Assembly: GCA_905178155.1 (NCBI GenBank)
Contig: CAJINV010000001.1
Span: 8,153,599 to 8,217,598 of the forward strand
Reading direction: 5' to 3'
Length of the DNA stretch: 64,000 nucleotides
Source of the DNA: Amoebophrya sp. A120
Lineage: Eukaryota > Protista > Dinoflagellata
Under the pieces are notes generated by a model. The model was not told where the DNA came from. It saw nothing but the letters and a program-made list of their open reading frames with translations, and ran no database searches. Below are positions 45,910-58,667 of this stretch, piece by piece. Numbering within the stretch: position 1 is the first letter of the stretch; every line of letters starts with the position of its first letter. The position numbers and the translations under genes are program-made.

Positions 45910-48902
45910 TCATCTCTTTGCTTTTTCAATATCTTCCTGTAAACGTCCAATGACCTGAAGCGCTTTTTCAAATCTGTGCTGGAGTTGACCATATTCAGCT
46001 TTCAAGCGATCATTCTCCAATGTCAAATTGACAGCGTCTTGCTGAAACCACGAGTCGATCAATTCATCCTCCGCTGTCTTCCGAGGGCGACTTGGCGTAG
46101 TGTTCTGCGACGCCGGCGGATTTGACCGCCTCGAGCTCGCATCAGGAGCATCCACGCCCGTTGCGATCTTCTTGCCTTCAGCAGCAGCCTCTGTCTGAGA
46201 ACCTGGAGCTTCGTCTTGTTTGCTACTACTTTCTGCGCTCTTCATTGCATTCTCCAACTGTTCCCGCAAGGCGAGAATCTCGGCCTTCAAGTGGCTGTTC
46301 TGTTGGCGTAGACACTCCTTGTCGCTGCGTGACATATCGGTTGGTGATTGCTCCCCCGTCCCGGCTTGATCAACGTCGACGTCCAGGCCTGTCCCTCCTC
46401 CAACAGGAAGGGCCGCACCACTCGCAGCAGAACCTTTCATACTCAGCGTCACTGTGGATGTGGACGTGATGTCGTCTGCTGTGCCGCTCGCACTGCTGAC
46501 CGAACCCTTCTGCTCGTTCGCTTGCTCGTCGCGCTGCGCTTGCGCAGCAGCTGCCGATGAAACTTGTTGCTGTAATTGCGCCAGGGCGCGTTTCAGAGTT
46601 TCAACCTCGAGGCGCTCGGAGGCTTTGATATCGCGAATCTCGGTTTCCCGCTCTACGACAACGGACTGCGCTTCCGTAACTTGCTCCCGCCAACGTATGA
46701 CTTCCTGATGTGACATCAGATTCAGATTTCGTCGACGCATTCGAATTAGTTCCACCCCATGCAGTTTCTTTCTACTTGGTGATGACAGTGAAGCGAAACT
46801 TTGCGTGAGAAGAAAACCATCCAGCTCACATTGAACAAGAGTGTGAGTACCTTTTCCAGCTCCGCCCTTTTCTCCTTTTGCAGCACCAGGTCGGTATTCA
46901 GCTCGTCGATAGTTTGGTGCAGCTCGTAGGTATTGGATTTTGCATTCGCTTCCAGCTCCGCGAGTCGTCGCTGGAGCGGTGCGGAGGCTTGTGCATAATT
47001 CGCTTCCAAGTCCCGCATCTTTTGAATCTGGCGGTCCAGCCTGTTCTGCAGCTGCAAGTTGTTGGTCTCCAGCCCCTTCACCTGCCATAAGAATTTCGAG
47101 GAACATCCCAAGGATTCGAACGCGAGTTGAAACGAAACCAAACTGAGTGCAGCTTCATTTGGCACAAAAATCTATGCATGGTATACTTGCTTCTGTGTTT
47201 CCATCCTCTCTTCCTCGACCTGAGACCGGAAAGCTTCGAACGCAGATTTCATCTCCTCCGCCTCCTGCTTGTATCGCTGCGCGATATTCTCCGACGCCTG
47301 GCCCTCGATGCGGTTTTCTTTCGCCTGCCGCAGCTGGTTTTCCTGGTCCCGAAACTTCTCCTTAAGCTGCGAGTGCAGTTGGTTCGTTTGCTGCAGCTGC
47401 TCCTGCCACAGCTGATTTTGATGCTGTAGCTGCGACACCCGCTGCTCTTGCTGCCGGATCTTCGCCTGCGCCTCGGTCAGCTGCATCTGCAGAAAGCTGC
47501 TCATGGTAGCCGCCGCAGGGTCTAGGGGATGCTCTGGAGGTTTCAGGGTGGTGTTCGGACGGAGCTGCGAAGGCGCAGCCCCGGAGCCTGGCACTGCTGT
47601 CATCGAGCCTGGAAACAGTGCCCCTGTCGTGCTTACTGCATTTTTCGCCTGCATCATGGCACTGTGAGGAGACGTCGCCGATCCTGGCTGCATAGCGATG
47701 CTTCCAATTGCGGTGGAGTTCGGCGTGCCAAGATTCTGCGCGGCAATAGAGGCCACTGCAGTGCCTGCGCTCGCTGGCATGTGTCCGAGCGGCATACTCG
47801 AAGCGGACGGCGTTATGAGCGCTGCACTTTGCGCCGCCTCTTTCCCCGTGGTATCGATTGGTGGAGGCTGTGGGGATGTTGCGCTTGGATTTGGGGGTGG
47901 AGGAGGTTGGGCTTGAGAGGGGACTGCTGCTTCATTCTTTGCAGTGGTCGAGGTTCTTGCAGCGGTTTCTGATTGCGTCCGTGCCGCCGGCGCGAAGGGC
48001 GAGGCTGGCGCACCAGGCATGGATGATGCGATACCACTTGCGAGATCCAGCTTTGTATCACTGCTTGAAGCCGCAGGCACGACGGGGGGAGGCGGCGGCG
48101 GTGCGGAGCCAGCAGACGAGACGGACGTAGATTGTGGCAGCGGTGGTGGAAAAGAGCTTGCGCTAGCAAGCGACCCTAGATTATTTGGCGTCGCGCCGGC
48201 AGTTGCGCCCAGCGAATTGGGGGTTCCAGCGCTACCGCTGGGGGTTCCAGCTCCCGCAAGAGACGAGGACCCGCCGCCGAATAATGGCTGCCGACCCGCG
48301 GTGGAGGACGAGGCGGCGACCGTGGCCCCTGCAAGCCCTGGAATGGAAGAAGATGCTCCTCCCGGCGCAGCGCTGGCGGTCGACGATACTGTGCCTCCCG
48401 CTGACGATGCGATCCCGGACTGTGAGGAGCCCGAGCGCGGGAGTCTTGGCTGTTGTGGCCCATATTGGGACTGTATATAGGCATTGAGAGCTTGGTCTTC
48501 CGCGTCATCCGGCTTACTGAAGCCACCTGGTGGCAGCGGCTGGCCATTGGAGGACCCTGAAATGACCCCCGCGCCGGGTGGAATCGGGATTCCGTTGGTA
48601 TTGATCCCGCTCGTACTCTGGTTCGACGTGCTGTGAGTTTGTTTTTTAAGTATGTCCATCAACATCTTCATGTTCATGGCAGGGTAGATGCGAATGCACA
48701 AAAAAGAAAAGCTGAATCTACGGAAGGCATCAAATCAAAACAAAAAGCACTAGACTATTTTCGAATACACTTTCTGGAAGTCTGGCACTGGAAATGGATC
48801 CTCGGAAAGGCCCGCGAAAGATTCTTGCAACTTGGACTGGGTATCCTGCAATGTGTCCTGCAGGTTCTTGAAACCCGACGAGAGCCCACCCCACAGCGTC
48901 AT
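45910..48902 (-). CDS. Coiled-coil golgin-like protein (TMF1/Sgm1-like), about 4 exons, with long S/A/P-rich linker
   Basis: Putative first exon MTLWGGLSSGFKNLQDTLQDTQSKL; long heptad Q/E/L segments; C-terminal 'LQHRFEKALQVIGRLQEDIE' resembles the TMF C-terminal motif; internal GT-AG introns switch between ORFs 47172-48701, 46746-47165 and 45910-47106; first intron not resolved. Confidence 0.55.
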
Positions 48903-49548
48903 GGCGATAGCTGCTGCTGCAACGCAACCAATAAGAGAAATGCACAGTCGTAAAGAGAACTGTGGTCGCGACGCCAGGAAACTGGCTTTAGGTTCGCATT
49001 TTGTTCTTCTGATCCTGGAGTCTACTACTAGAACTTGGGTAAAAATGGATCTATTGACTCGCGCAGCTTGATCGCCAAGAACGAAGAAGACGTTGGCGAC
49101 TCGTCCGATTCGTGACGGATTGAATGCTCAGTCTGCTAGCAGATCGAGACACCTGTGCGTCCATGCTCGATCTCAGACAGATACTAACTAGTGTCTCTCG
49201 ATCGTCAAAAGCGCATCGCACGCAAATGGAAAAGTGATCTTTTCGTGTAACTGAAACCGAATGCATAGAAGTGAAGTGGATGAAGGGGTTAAAAATGAGA
49301 GAGGTATTTGAGTCACGACTTGAAAACACACTTGTCTCACCAGGGACTCGCGTCTGGTCTCGTATTCAGAAAGTGCAGCGCTAGAACGCTTTGCTGTTTG
49401 CTTGGCCTGTTCATTTCGAAACGATGAAACAGACACGTTGTAAGTAGTCGTAGTTCATCTCGCACTCGCGAAACAGAAATCTACCTTATTCGCTGGCTTC
49501 CTGCAATGTGCAACGGGCAGACTGCTGCATGCTGCGTACGCCTCTAAT

Positions 49549-52500
49549 TTAGAAGAAAAGAGCTTTATCGGGCGAGCGGTTCATGCTGGATCTTTCGTTG
49601 ATTTCGTCCGCTTCTTGCTTTGCCCGCTCTTTATCAATTTGCTTCATTTCCTCTGTTTTTGGGATCAGCAGTTCGTGATCCGGTTTTTCGTCCACAGTGG
49701 CGTACGCACCAGAATCGTAATCCCGCTCCATGTGTTCCATGAGCTTCTGATCCCCGAGAGGATGCTGTTGGCGACCACTACTGAGTTCATCAGTAGTGCC
49801 CCCCAACAAACCTCCGTGCGCCATTTCTCGCTCCGCAGCTGACGGCCTCGCAACATCTTCCCTTGGCGCCCCGCGCGTTGCCCGATTTGCCTCGTCCAGC
49901 CGCTGCTGCATGCTCTTCACTAGGACGAGATCTTCGTAGATGTCTTTATTCCCAGGGACGAAATCCTCGCGATTCACACCCTTCAACGCAGGCAGTGCGG
50001 CCGGATTTTCGTCGTCAAAGTCCGTGTCGAGAATTTCGTCGTGTAGCAGAAACTCCGTGGCCTCGTGCTCCGCAGTGCGCGGGTATTCGGGTTCAACGTG
50101 CCCCTCCTCCGCGAAAAACACCTTGAAAATGAATCGCAGGCTTTCCTCGTGGGAGCTCTGGCTATGGTCCGAGTACACCTGCGGGCGAGCGTGGGTGAAA
50201 TTCAATTCCTCCCTTGTGATCCACACCGCGTACCATTCGCGCGGCGGCTCGTCCGGGTTTTCTGCCTCCTTCTCAGAAATGATGACACTCGGCTCCGGGA
50301 TCTGGACCGACCGAACGGACTCGGGACGGGAGTGCAGTTTGGAAATCTGGACCGCGGCGGACGGACCACCGGCTCTGCCCGTATTCTCGTTACTAGCGTC
50401 GCCGACACCTACTTTCCCGCCCGCATGAAGATCGCCAAAGGTACTTGTGCGGACGCTTGTGGGCTGCAAGTGTAAAGCCGCCAGCTCTACTTCCTGGTGT
50501 TGTTTCCTACTTTCGATCGTGGCGTGGCTTTCTCCGCTGACCAGACCCAGCGCGTTCACATTTTTCAGCTTCTTCTCCCTGATCCGCTCTCTCCTGGCGA
50601 CTTCTTCGTCACTGCCTATGAGAAACCTGGATTCCGGGTGTTGCTCCGTCATGTTCAGCAGCATGCTACCGTGGTCCGCAACGGTCAGGCTGCGCATCGA
50701 CTGCCGGTCGCTCTCAACCCGCCCCGGCCGGGCCAGTTCCTCCAATTGGGACAATATGGCTTCGTCCACGCGTGACGCTGGCAACCGCTGCGGGCGGGGC
50801 AAGGGGCTGTACGGTCCGGCGGGGTAGCTAGTAAAAGCCGAATGCGGCTCACTCGGCGTTCCGGACGCCGGCGGGTCCCCGGCGCCCCAGTTGAGAAGCC
50901 CCCCCAGTACGGGGCTTGGGTTGCCCTGCCCGTCCGCCGGCCGGACCACGCCGCCACCGAAAAGCGCGCGAGCGTCGGCTCGCCCAATCCGGTCCCGCAT
51001 TGCAGTCATCGGGCTCGTTAGAATCTGCATCGTCCGCCCCTTCGTCGATGTTGCCTCTGTTCTTGTTGTCTTCGCGCTTCTTGTAGGGCTGGTAGTTCCA
51101 GTATAACCTACTCCTCTGCCAGAGGTCCTCGTAGGGCCACTCCCAAGCGGATGCTTGGATGATGGTAAGCTGAGCGAAGAGGCCAGTGGACGATCGCCGG
51201 AATCAGCAGCGTTTGTCACCTGAATCTTTGGGCCAAGAAGTTGGTCGTTGTTCGCATCCATGTGCAAGTGCCAATGCTCATCTAGCATGAGCTCTGCGAT
51301 CTTCGGGTCCATAACCCGCAAACGGGCGGTCTCCGCACGGTCGTCTTCTTTTCGAGAGAGTGGCACCATGTGCTCCTCGAAACCCAGGATGTTTTGCTTG
51401 AGCCAGTTCCACGCACCACCGCCCCCAAGGACATCATGCTGCGCCGCTGCACGCCGATGCTGCGCGTCGCCCATCATAACCGCGTCCCAGTCGTTGAAGT
51501 TCTGCGGTTCGCTCGAGCTGCTCGAATCACTGCTGTGCTCTGCTGGTTTTTCTCCGCCGTGCAAGCCGCGGCTACGGACGCTGTTCAGGTGCTTCCTATC
51601 GCGTCGCCAGTTTGCGGGAGACACCGCAAAAGGGCCATCTTCCACGTCGATGGTCTCGGTCGTCAGGCGATCCGATCGTGCATCGTCGAAAGGCGGAGTA
51701 AATTCCTCCGTTGCGTTCATCATCCCTCTGCTCACCAGCGTGCTTGGACGGTAGTTCATGGCACTGCTCCCGAACGTCTGGGCACGCTGCGCCGTCTCTG
51801 GATCGCCTTGCGTCAAGAACTCTGTTGTGGCACCCGGCGCTACAGATTCCAGCACCGGTCCGAAGTCGTTGCCAGCGGCCCGAATCAGTGCGACGTTCTC
51901 CTCCGGCGTCCGCCGGCGGCGCAAGTGCAACAGCCGACCCGGCGTCCAGGCGTCCCCGTTTCCCCCAGCTAGGAACGGATCTGAAACCACCATGTCCTCG
52001 TTGACGTTTGGGTATGTCAGTGCATCCTCGTGCAAAGCGCTGAGTAATTGACGCTCATCTTGTTCTGGGTCGTCTTGCACGAACCCCCGTAGCAACGGCG
52101 CGGCTGTAGACCGGACTGTTTCTTGGAGGTTGCCGAGAAAAAGTGCGTCGCCATCGCGCTCCGAGGGCGGATTGGAGTCCGTCTCATCTGCGTCGATCAC
52201 CGCACTTCTTCGAGGGGTCATCCCCATACGGGGCGTCGTCACGGGCATGGCAGTGTGCTTCTTTCGCCGCGCATCCAGACTACTACTCCGATTTTTACTT
52301 CGCTCGCTAAACGTCCGGAGCAAGTCCGCGGATTGCTGTTTAGCAAAGTAGCCTCGGCCGCGAACCCGCTCCACCAGTTTGTCCAGGAATACGGGGCCGT
52401 AGCGCAAGCGTCTGCAGGCTCCGGCGCGCATCCTCAGCGCTTCCTGCAGCTGCGCATCGGTCACCCCCAGAGTTCTTGGCGGCTCTGCAGATCGGGTTCG

Positions 52501-55500
52501 GCTCAATTTCATTTTCATCTCTTGCTCACTAGAATTCGACTTGTCCCGCCCTCGTCCTTTATTTCTCGCCTTTATTTCCTTCTGTGTTCTTTCGTAGTCT
52601 GTGCAGAACGCCACGAATTGCACGAAAGTCATGCTGTGGCACTTGCTGCTCTCGTCGATGAAGGCACCGGCGCGCACGTTCTCCATTAGCTGCTCCATCT
52701 CGTCCAACATCTGTTTGATTCTCGGAGTGTCCAACGCAACGTTAAAATGCAGCACCATGTCGTCCCAAGAAAGGAAAAACTCGAATTTGGTCTTTGCATT
52801 CTTCGTCGTCCGCTGCCCCGTCGCCCGTTCGTAAGTGAAAGCTTGAGCAGAAGTAGCAGAAACTAAACCGTCCCTGTTCATCATCTGTTGGGGAGCATAC
52901 GGTGCGTAATCGGTTTTGTTCTCTACTTCTATTCCCGAGTTGTAGTTGTGCTTCTCGCCACTCATTGCGTCAGCATAGGATAGCCTGGCTAGGTGCTGGC
53001 TGATCCTCGAGTCCACCAGATCGCCGTCCCCGGTCAGCAACTGCTCGAGCGGAACCGTGGATTCAAACTCCACATAAACCCCCATCGTGTTTTCCCGCAC
53101 ATCCAAAATCCGGCCCCGGTTGCCCCTTTGTAGAACAGAAGCCGGCAAGTGCACGTGCTCCACGACGCACTGCTCTACCGCACACACGAGGACATCGCCA
53201 ACGCGCAACAGCTCCTTGGCGGCATCGATGACCTCCGCACAGGACTTCCAGGCGACCTTGCCGAACTGGCGAGACGCGATATTACAATGAAAAATGCCAC
53301 CACCCCCGAACTTGGGAGCATTTGTATTGCAAACCTTTGCAAATGATGAAAAATTCGCCCTCTTGCATCTATCAGCATGACAGATTTCCAATCGTGAATT
53401 ATAGAAAAAATTTGTATTGCGCAAGATCCCAGCAAGCGTGGCGCTTGTCATGCAAGCAATGCGATATACGCCTAGGCTCTGCATCAGAAAGAAGCATAGT
53501 CCTTTCATGCATGACAAAAAGTTTTCATTTGGAAACTTTGCATCACAAATTGCTGCAACTTTGGGGCTGGGGGCATTTTTCATTGTAATACGCGAGCACG
53601 TTGAAGGGGGACATGGGATTGAAGTCCGCTATCAATTGCAAATATGTCTGGGTCTGGAAACTTGTAGTGCTGCGTTGGGAATAGTGAATGCTCTGTAATG
53701 CACAGGCAAGCATGAGAAATATGTACGCTTCTTTGTGTTGCGTTTTTCGCATGACAAACTGCGTTTTTGCATGACAGGCAAAACGGTCTCTTCTTGGACA
53801 CGCATCACAAACTTTTTGGTCATGCCAGACAAGCATGACAAATCTCGCAATCTTCCAGACCCAGACATTTTTACATTTGATATCCGCGCTGTTCGCACGG
53901 TGCCACAAGTCGTACAAACGCGCCCGCAGCCTGACCCGCTCCTCTTTCGTGGACAGCTGCGAAATCTCGTACTTGGACAGCTTCGCGTTTTTCAGCAGTC
54001 GCAAATAGAAGTTCCGCCAGGCCACCATCATCAAAGGGCGTGCGCGCGGCACACCATCCATGTCGTTGATGATCGAGACCATGTACTGTTCCGATTCCTT
54101 GGCCAAGCGGAGCGAGCAGACAGACCCCGGGGGCGCGATCAGCAGGCACCGCAGCCGGTGTTGCTCCAACAGCTCCGGAAACTTCCGCGAAAGCAAAAGT
54201 CCCATGGCCGCACTGTTGCCCGCACCGAGGGAATGCCCAACGCAAACAATGCCGTAGTTCGCGGGGATAAATTTCGGGAAGTCTAACTTCTCCTCCATCT
54301 CCTTCAGCGTCGTCCGCGCGCAGAGCAAAAACCCGGCGTGTACAGTCTCGTCGTCGTCCGCATCCTCCGTGAGTTTTTCCATCAAAAGCTGCCCGTTCGT
54401 GATCCAGTCCCCGAGGTCGACGGATATCAAATGTAAAAATGTCTGGGTCTGGAAGATTCTGACCCTTGTCATGCACGTTTTGCATGAGCCCTGATATCTG
54501 TGATGCATGCCCTAGCATCACAGATTTTTTGAGAGCTTTTTGATGCCTATTCCGCATGACAAATGCCCTCTCCGCGTAGCAAAAATTACATTCCCTTTGG
54601 TACTCATGCAAGACAGATTTTTTTGGAATCCAAATGCAGCATCACAAGTTGCATTCTTCCAGACCCAGACATTTTTACATTTAATAACGGACCCCCGGAA
54701 ACCAATCACGCAAGACCGCGTGAAGTGGTCCATCACGACGAAGTAGACCCCCTGCTGCGCCCCCACGACCGTGGTGTTTACGTAGAGCAGCTCGATCTTC
54801 AACTCTTCGCCCGCATACACGGGGGTCGCGAACACGGAGGACGGTCGCCGGGTACCGCCGGGAGTGCTGTCAGGGTCGTGGTCCTGCAGACTTGCAGTAT
54901 CATGCGAGGCCGTCGTTGTACTGGTGCCCCTGTCGGAGGTCGGGGGAAATGCGGCCTGGCCGCGCTGCGGGAGCGGTTGCGGCCGCGCAGTGCCAGTTGA
55001 CGAAAATGCTGGGTCGAAATTGCCGGGACCGCGGCGCACGCTACTTCTCGCACTTGGTGGAGTTGTGTCGGCACCAGGTCGGGATTGGATGGCCCCTGCC
55101 GGAGCAGTAGTTCTCGCAACGTCGAAGCTGCTCCCGAAGCGGAACAGACGGTTGCCCACGTTTCTCCGCGTCGACAACTGTGGTTGAGCACTCTGTCCAA
55201 GTTGTGCCGGCTGCTGCGAAAAAAGTTCTTCCTCGCGCGTCTCCCCGCGCGCGCCGATACCGTCAGGCGCGGCCGCAACATTATCAGTCCCGTCGTCTGC
55301 AGCATTCAGATTGAACATGGTGTCCGCCAGGCGAAAGAGGTCGAAGTGCTGTTCCGTTTGCTTTCCACTAGTCCCCGATGCGGCAGTTCCCAGGGGCTTT
55401 CGAATCTTCGATCGTGGAGGACGACTTGGGGAAGACATTTTCGAGGGAGCGGGTTCGAATATGCGGTCCAATATGTCCATGGACAAATCTTCGTCCTCCA

Positions 55501-57741
55501 GGTCGATCGTGTTCCTGGATTCGCGAACGCGGGGCGTCGTCGTGTCTTCGCTCCAGCGAACGCCGCGAGATTTTGACTGTCCTGTCGTGCTATGAAGACC
55601 TGGGTGCAGTCCATTACCGGCATAAAAATCGTCTTCTGTCGCGTCTTCGTCTTCACGTCCGAGCCTCTTCGTTGTAATGAATCCATCTCGTACTATGCCT
55701 TCAGCGGCGGCTGCGCTTGATCTCGCGCCGGCGCTCTTCCTGCGAGAACCACGATTCCGTAATTCGTCTTGTTTGTGTGGACTCTGTTGTTCAATGGCGC
55801 CATTTTCCTTGCTTGTTCTGGCAGAAGAGGAGATTGCGTGATGATTTTCCTCAGCATCAAAGATCGTGGACTTTCGCTGAAGCGGATGGCGCCGGTCGAG
55901 AACGTCAGCGTCAACAATTTCCTCGTGTTGCGCATCCCTCTCTCCCATCGGCCAACATACGGAAGATGAGGATGAGCTACTCCCGCCCGTACCGCCCGTT
56001 TGTACTATGGCAGCTGCATCCGGAGGACCATCTTCGCCGCCCTCCTCTGCTAATCGTCCCAATGCGGCTTCGCCAGGCATCGCCTCGCCCTCAGGACCTT
56101 GCGACTGGTTCCCGTGGGCAGCAATCTGGTCACGATTTGCGGTCATCATCAAATCCCGCCGAGAGGCAGTGAAGTTTTTCGCTCTGCTTTTTTTCGTGCT
56201 TCGAATTGTGGCCGTTGCTGTGTGTGCGGCCGGGGCGAGACTGCGCGAAGTTGCGCTTGGTCCTCCTTGTTGGGCTTGGGCGGTCGATGCCTCAAACATT
56301 CGTTTTTGTCGCAACTGCAAAAGCTTCAGGTAAGCCTCCATATCCCGCTCAAACTTCCGATCGGCTCGCTTCGACCGGCGCGACTTTGGTGCAGCAGCCT
56401 CCTCGCCCTCATCGTTCTCGTCCGACAAGACCGCAGGGTCTGCTTCGGCTCTTTCTCCTCTGCCCATCTGCGCTTGTCTTTCCCCGACAACTTGTAAGTC
56501 CCGCACGCGAGCCGCGACCCGCCGGCAGCATCGCGTGCAACAACGGCAACACACGCGAAAGCAACTGGCGACGGGTTTGTCCGGCTCCCTCTTTTCGTCG
56601 TAGCCGTAGGCAAGCCAGCCATAGGATACGAAGGTGAGGATGAAGTTGATTTCGTCAAAGTCCTCCCTTCTGCTAACCGGCTGCCCCCGGGTCAGGTGCG
56701 CGCAAGGCAACGATCCGGCGAAGGGGACTCCCTGGGCCAAGGTTCTCCCGACGCGGATGTCTCCGAGCGTCAAATTGTGCACCCCGAGGAAACCCACCAC
56801 GGTGCGCTGCATCAGGTCCACGTTCTTGTCCGGCACCCCGTAAAAACGGAGGAAGCAACGCAAAAACCGGTACAGGTTGTCCAGCAACCGGGTGAAGCCC
56901 TCGCGCTCCTCTATCGTGCGCGTTATCAAATCTTCGCTCGTAATAAGCCCGTGCAGCTTTTCTTTGAATTCATACTCCGTCTGCGCATCCGCGTACGCGT
57001 ACTCCGAAAGGAAGACCATGGCCGCCAGGCAAAACGTGGCGGAGCCCAACATGTAAAAGGTCAAAACCGCCAAAAACAAGGCCAACCAGCCGCCGGTCTG
57101 CACCAAGTAGCACTTCACCTTGTCCTCTGGGGGTAGGTTCACCTTCCCAGTAACGGAATCCTTTTGAAAGGTCACTGTCTGTCCATCGCTGCACTCGTAG
57201 ACAAAGGTGGTGCGGTCTTGGCCAATAAAGAAGTCGTTCACTTGGTCGGGCTGTAACGAAGGCTCACACACCGAACGGACGCTGTAGGTGGGCGCTAGCA
57301 GCAGCGTTAGCAGTATCACAAGGAACAACACCTCGTTTATGTAGCGCAGGCCGAGAAGCAAGTTCATACCCTTCCGCTGGTCCTCGCGGTCATTGATCCA
57401 GCCCTGCTTAGACCAGTGCCCGAACCAGAGATCAACCAACAACGCGGAAAGTGCCAGGAAGAACATGATCCTGTTTATTTGTGTTATTCGATGTTCCCCT
57501 TTCCCTTTGCGCAAATCCTATGTTTGTAAAATGCGCACTGAATGCATTCGAGGAAGAGATGTCCAAAAATAAAGCGTAAATCAATGTACCCTGTCCACCC
57601 GAGCACGCAACCATAGACGAAGAAAATGGAGACTGTGAACAGCTTGAGGATGTCCAAGCCCACCCACAGCAGGGCAAAGCTCCAGACTTCGTCATTTGCC
57701 CACAGCTTCCAACGTCGACGCAAGCAACGACACGGAGGCAT
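49549..57741 (-). CDS. Diacylglycerol lipase (DAGL-like) paralogue whose catalytic region is interrupted by three introners
   Basis: MPPCRCLRRRWKLWANDE start; TM helices; GFRGS|VDLGDWITN, VHAGFL, VGHSLGAG, DMDGVPR, TPGRLLHL, WYAVW...SDH; frame restored by removing 54425-54686, 53630-53882 and 53280-53590. Confidence 0.88.
53280..53590. mobile_element. Introner family C (A-related ends); predicted GT-AT boundaries on minus
   Basis: Perfect 19-bp TIR TATTACAATGAAAAATGCC; TSD cgcga at 53275-53279 and 53591-53595; removal gives NVLA-SRQFGK. Confidence 0.9.
53630..53882. mobile_element. Introner family B, inverted relative to copies at 7158 and 54425; predicted AT-AG boundaries on minus
   Basis: TIR TATCAATTGCAAATATGTCTGGGTCTGGAA / TATCAAATGTAAAAATGTCTGGGTCTGGAA; TSD tccgc at 53625-53629 and 53883-53887; removal gives ANSA-DFNPM. 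Confidence 0.9.
54425..54686. mobile_element. Introner family B, intact 262-bp copy; predicted TT-AT boundaries on minus
   Basis: 32-bp TIR with one mismatch; TSD acgga at 54420-54424 and 54687-54691; splits the lipase RGS.D..DW motif. Confidence 0.92.
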
Positions 57742-58667
57742 CTTTTGATTTGGTTCGCAATTTTGACTCTATGGATACAGATACAGAAAATTTGTTGCAG
57801 CTGACTTGAAATTCAAGAGCCTTCCACTTAAGGAACCAGGAGCCATCCCCATCGCTATCTATGCTACGCTACGTTGGATGCAGGAGGTTTCGAATTCGAA
57901 CACTCGCACGTGGACAATCAGAACATGTGAAAACGACCAAGTAGAAAAAGGGCGATAATAACCGGAAGCTACTAGCAGAAACGAATCATGCGAAGCGATT
58001 TCCAAGAAACGAGCGGGACCACGATGTTTGAACAGATCGAAGCTGTAATCGAAGAAAAAATCTCCGCTTGCTCTATTAACGATGGCAGATGCAAACGAAA
58101 ACGAAAAGTGCCAACGAAGAACAAAAGCGACGATTCTTGTTTGATCATGGCCATACTTTTTATGGTTGTTACGCGCGAATCTGTTCAATATTCCTCGTGT
58201 ACGAATCGGATTCGTATTCACCTGGTGACTAACAGGCAACCACTAAGTGGTAAGCGCCACGCCTTCTTTCGATATCGCGAGAATACGTGGACCGGAACTT
58301 CTGGCCCACGCGTTCTCGACACCATCGCCATGTTGATACAGCGAGTGCATGTCATGCACTCGCTGTAACAGCTATTCATCTTCTGCAGCTATTTCTTTGG
58401 TTGATGTATGCGGTCTTGCACTCCGCATCTCGCAGCACTAACACAAACAGTACCAAAAATTTTATATCTTTGCTTGATACCACGTACTTGGTACTTTCAC
58501 AAATTCCGCGATTTCTTTGCAGCACCACCTGCCACGAAAGTGCGCGGCAGCTGTGCAAGTACCAGTACGTAAGAGCAATTTCTAGTTCTTGAAACCGAGA
58601 CGAACGCGCAAGTACATTCCATAACACTTCTGATTTTCAAAAGACATAGCGACGGTCGTCAGCCATT

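Noticed and set aside
53280-53583. N-terminus of ORF 49549-53583, and recurrent peptides such as IKCKNVWVWK and FQTQTFLHLI in several ORFs
   Set aside because: These are translations of introner sequence, not protein domains
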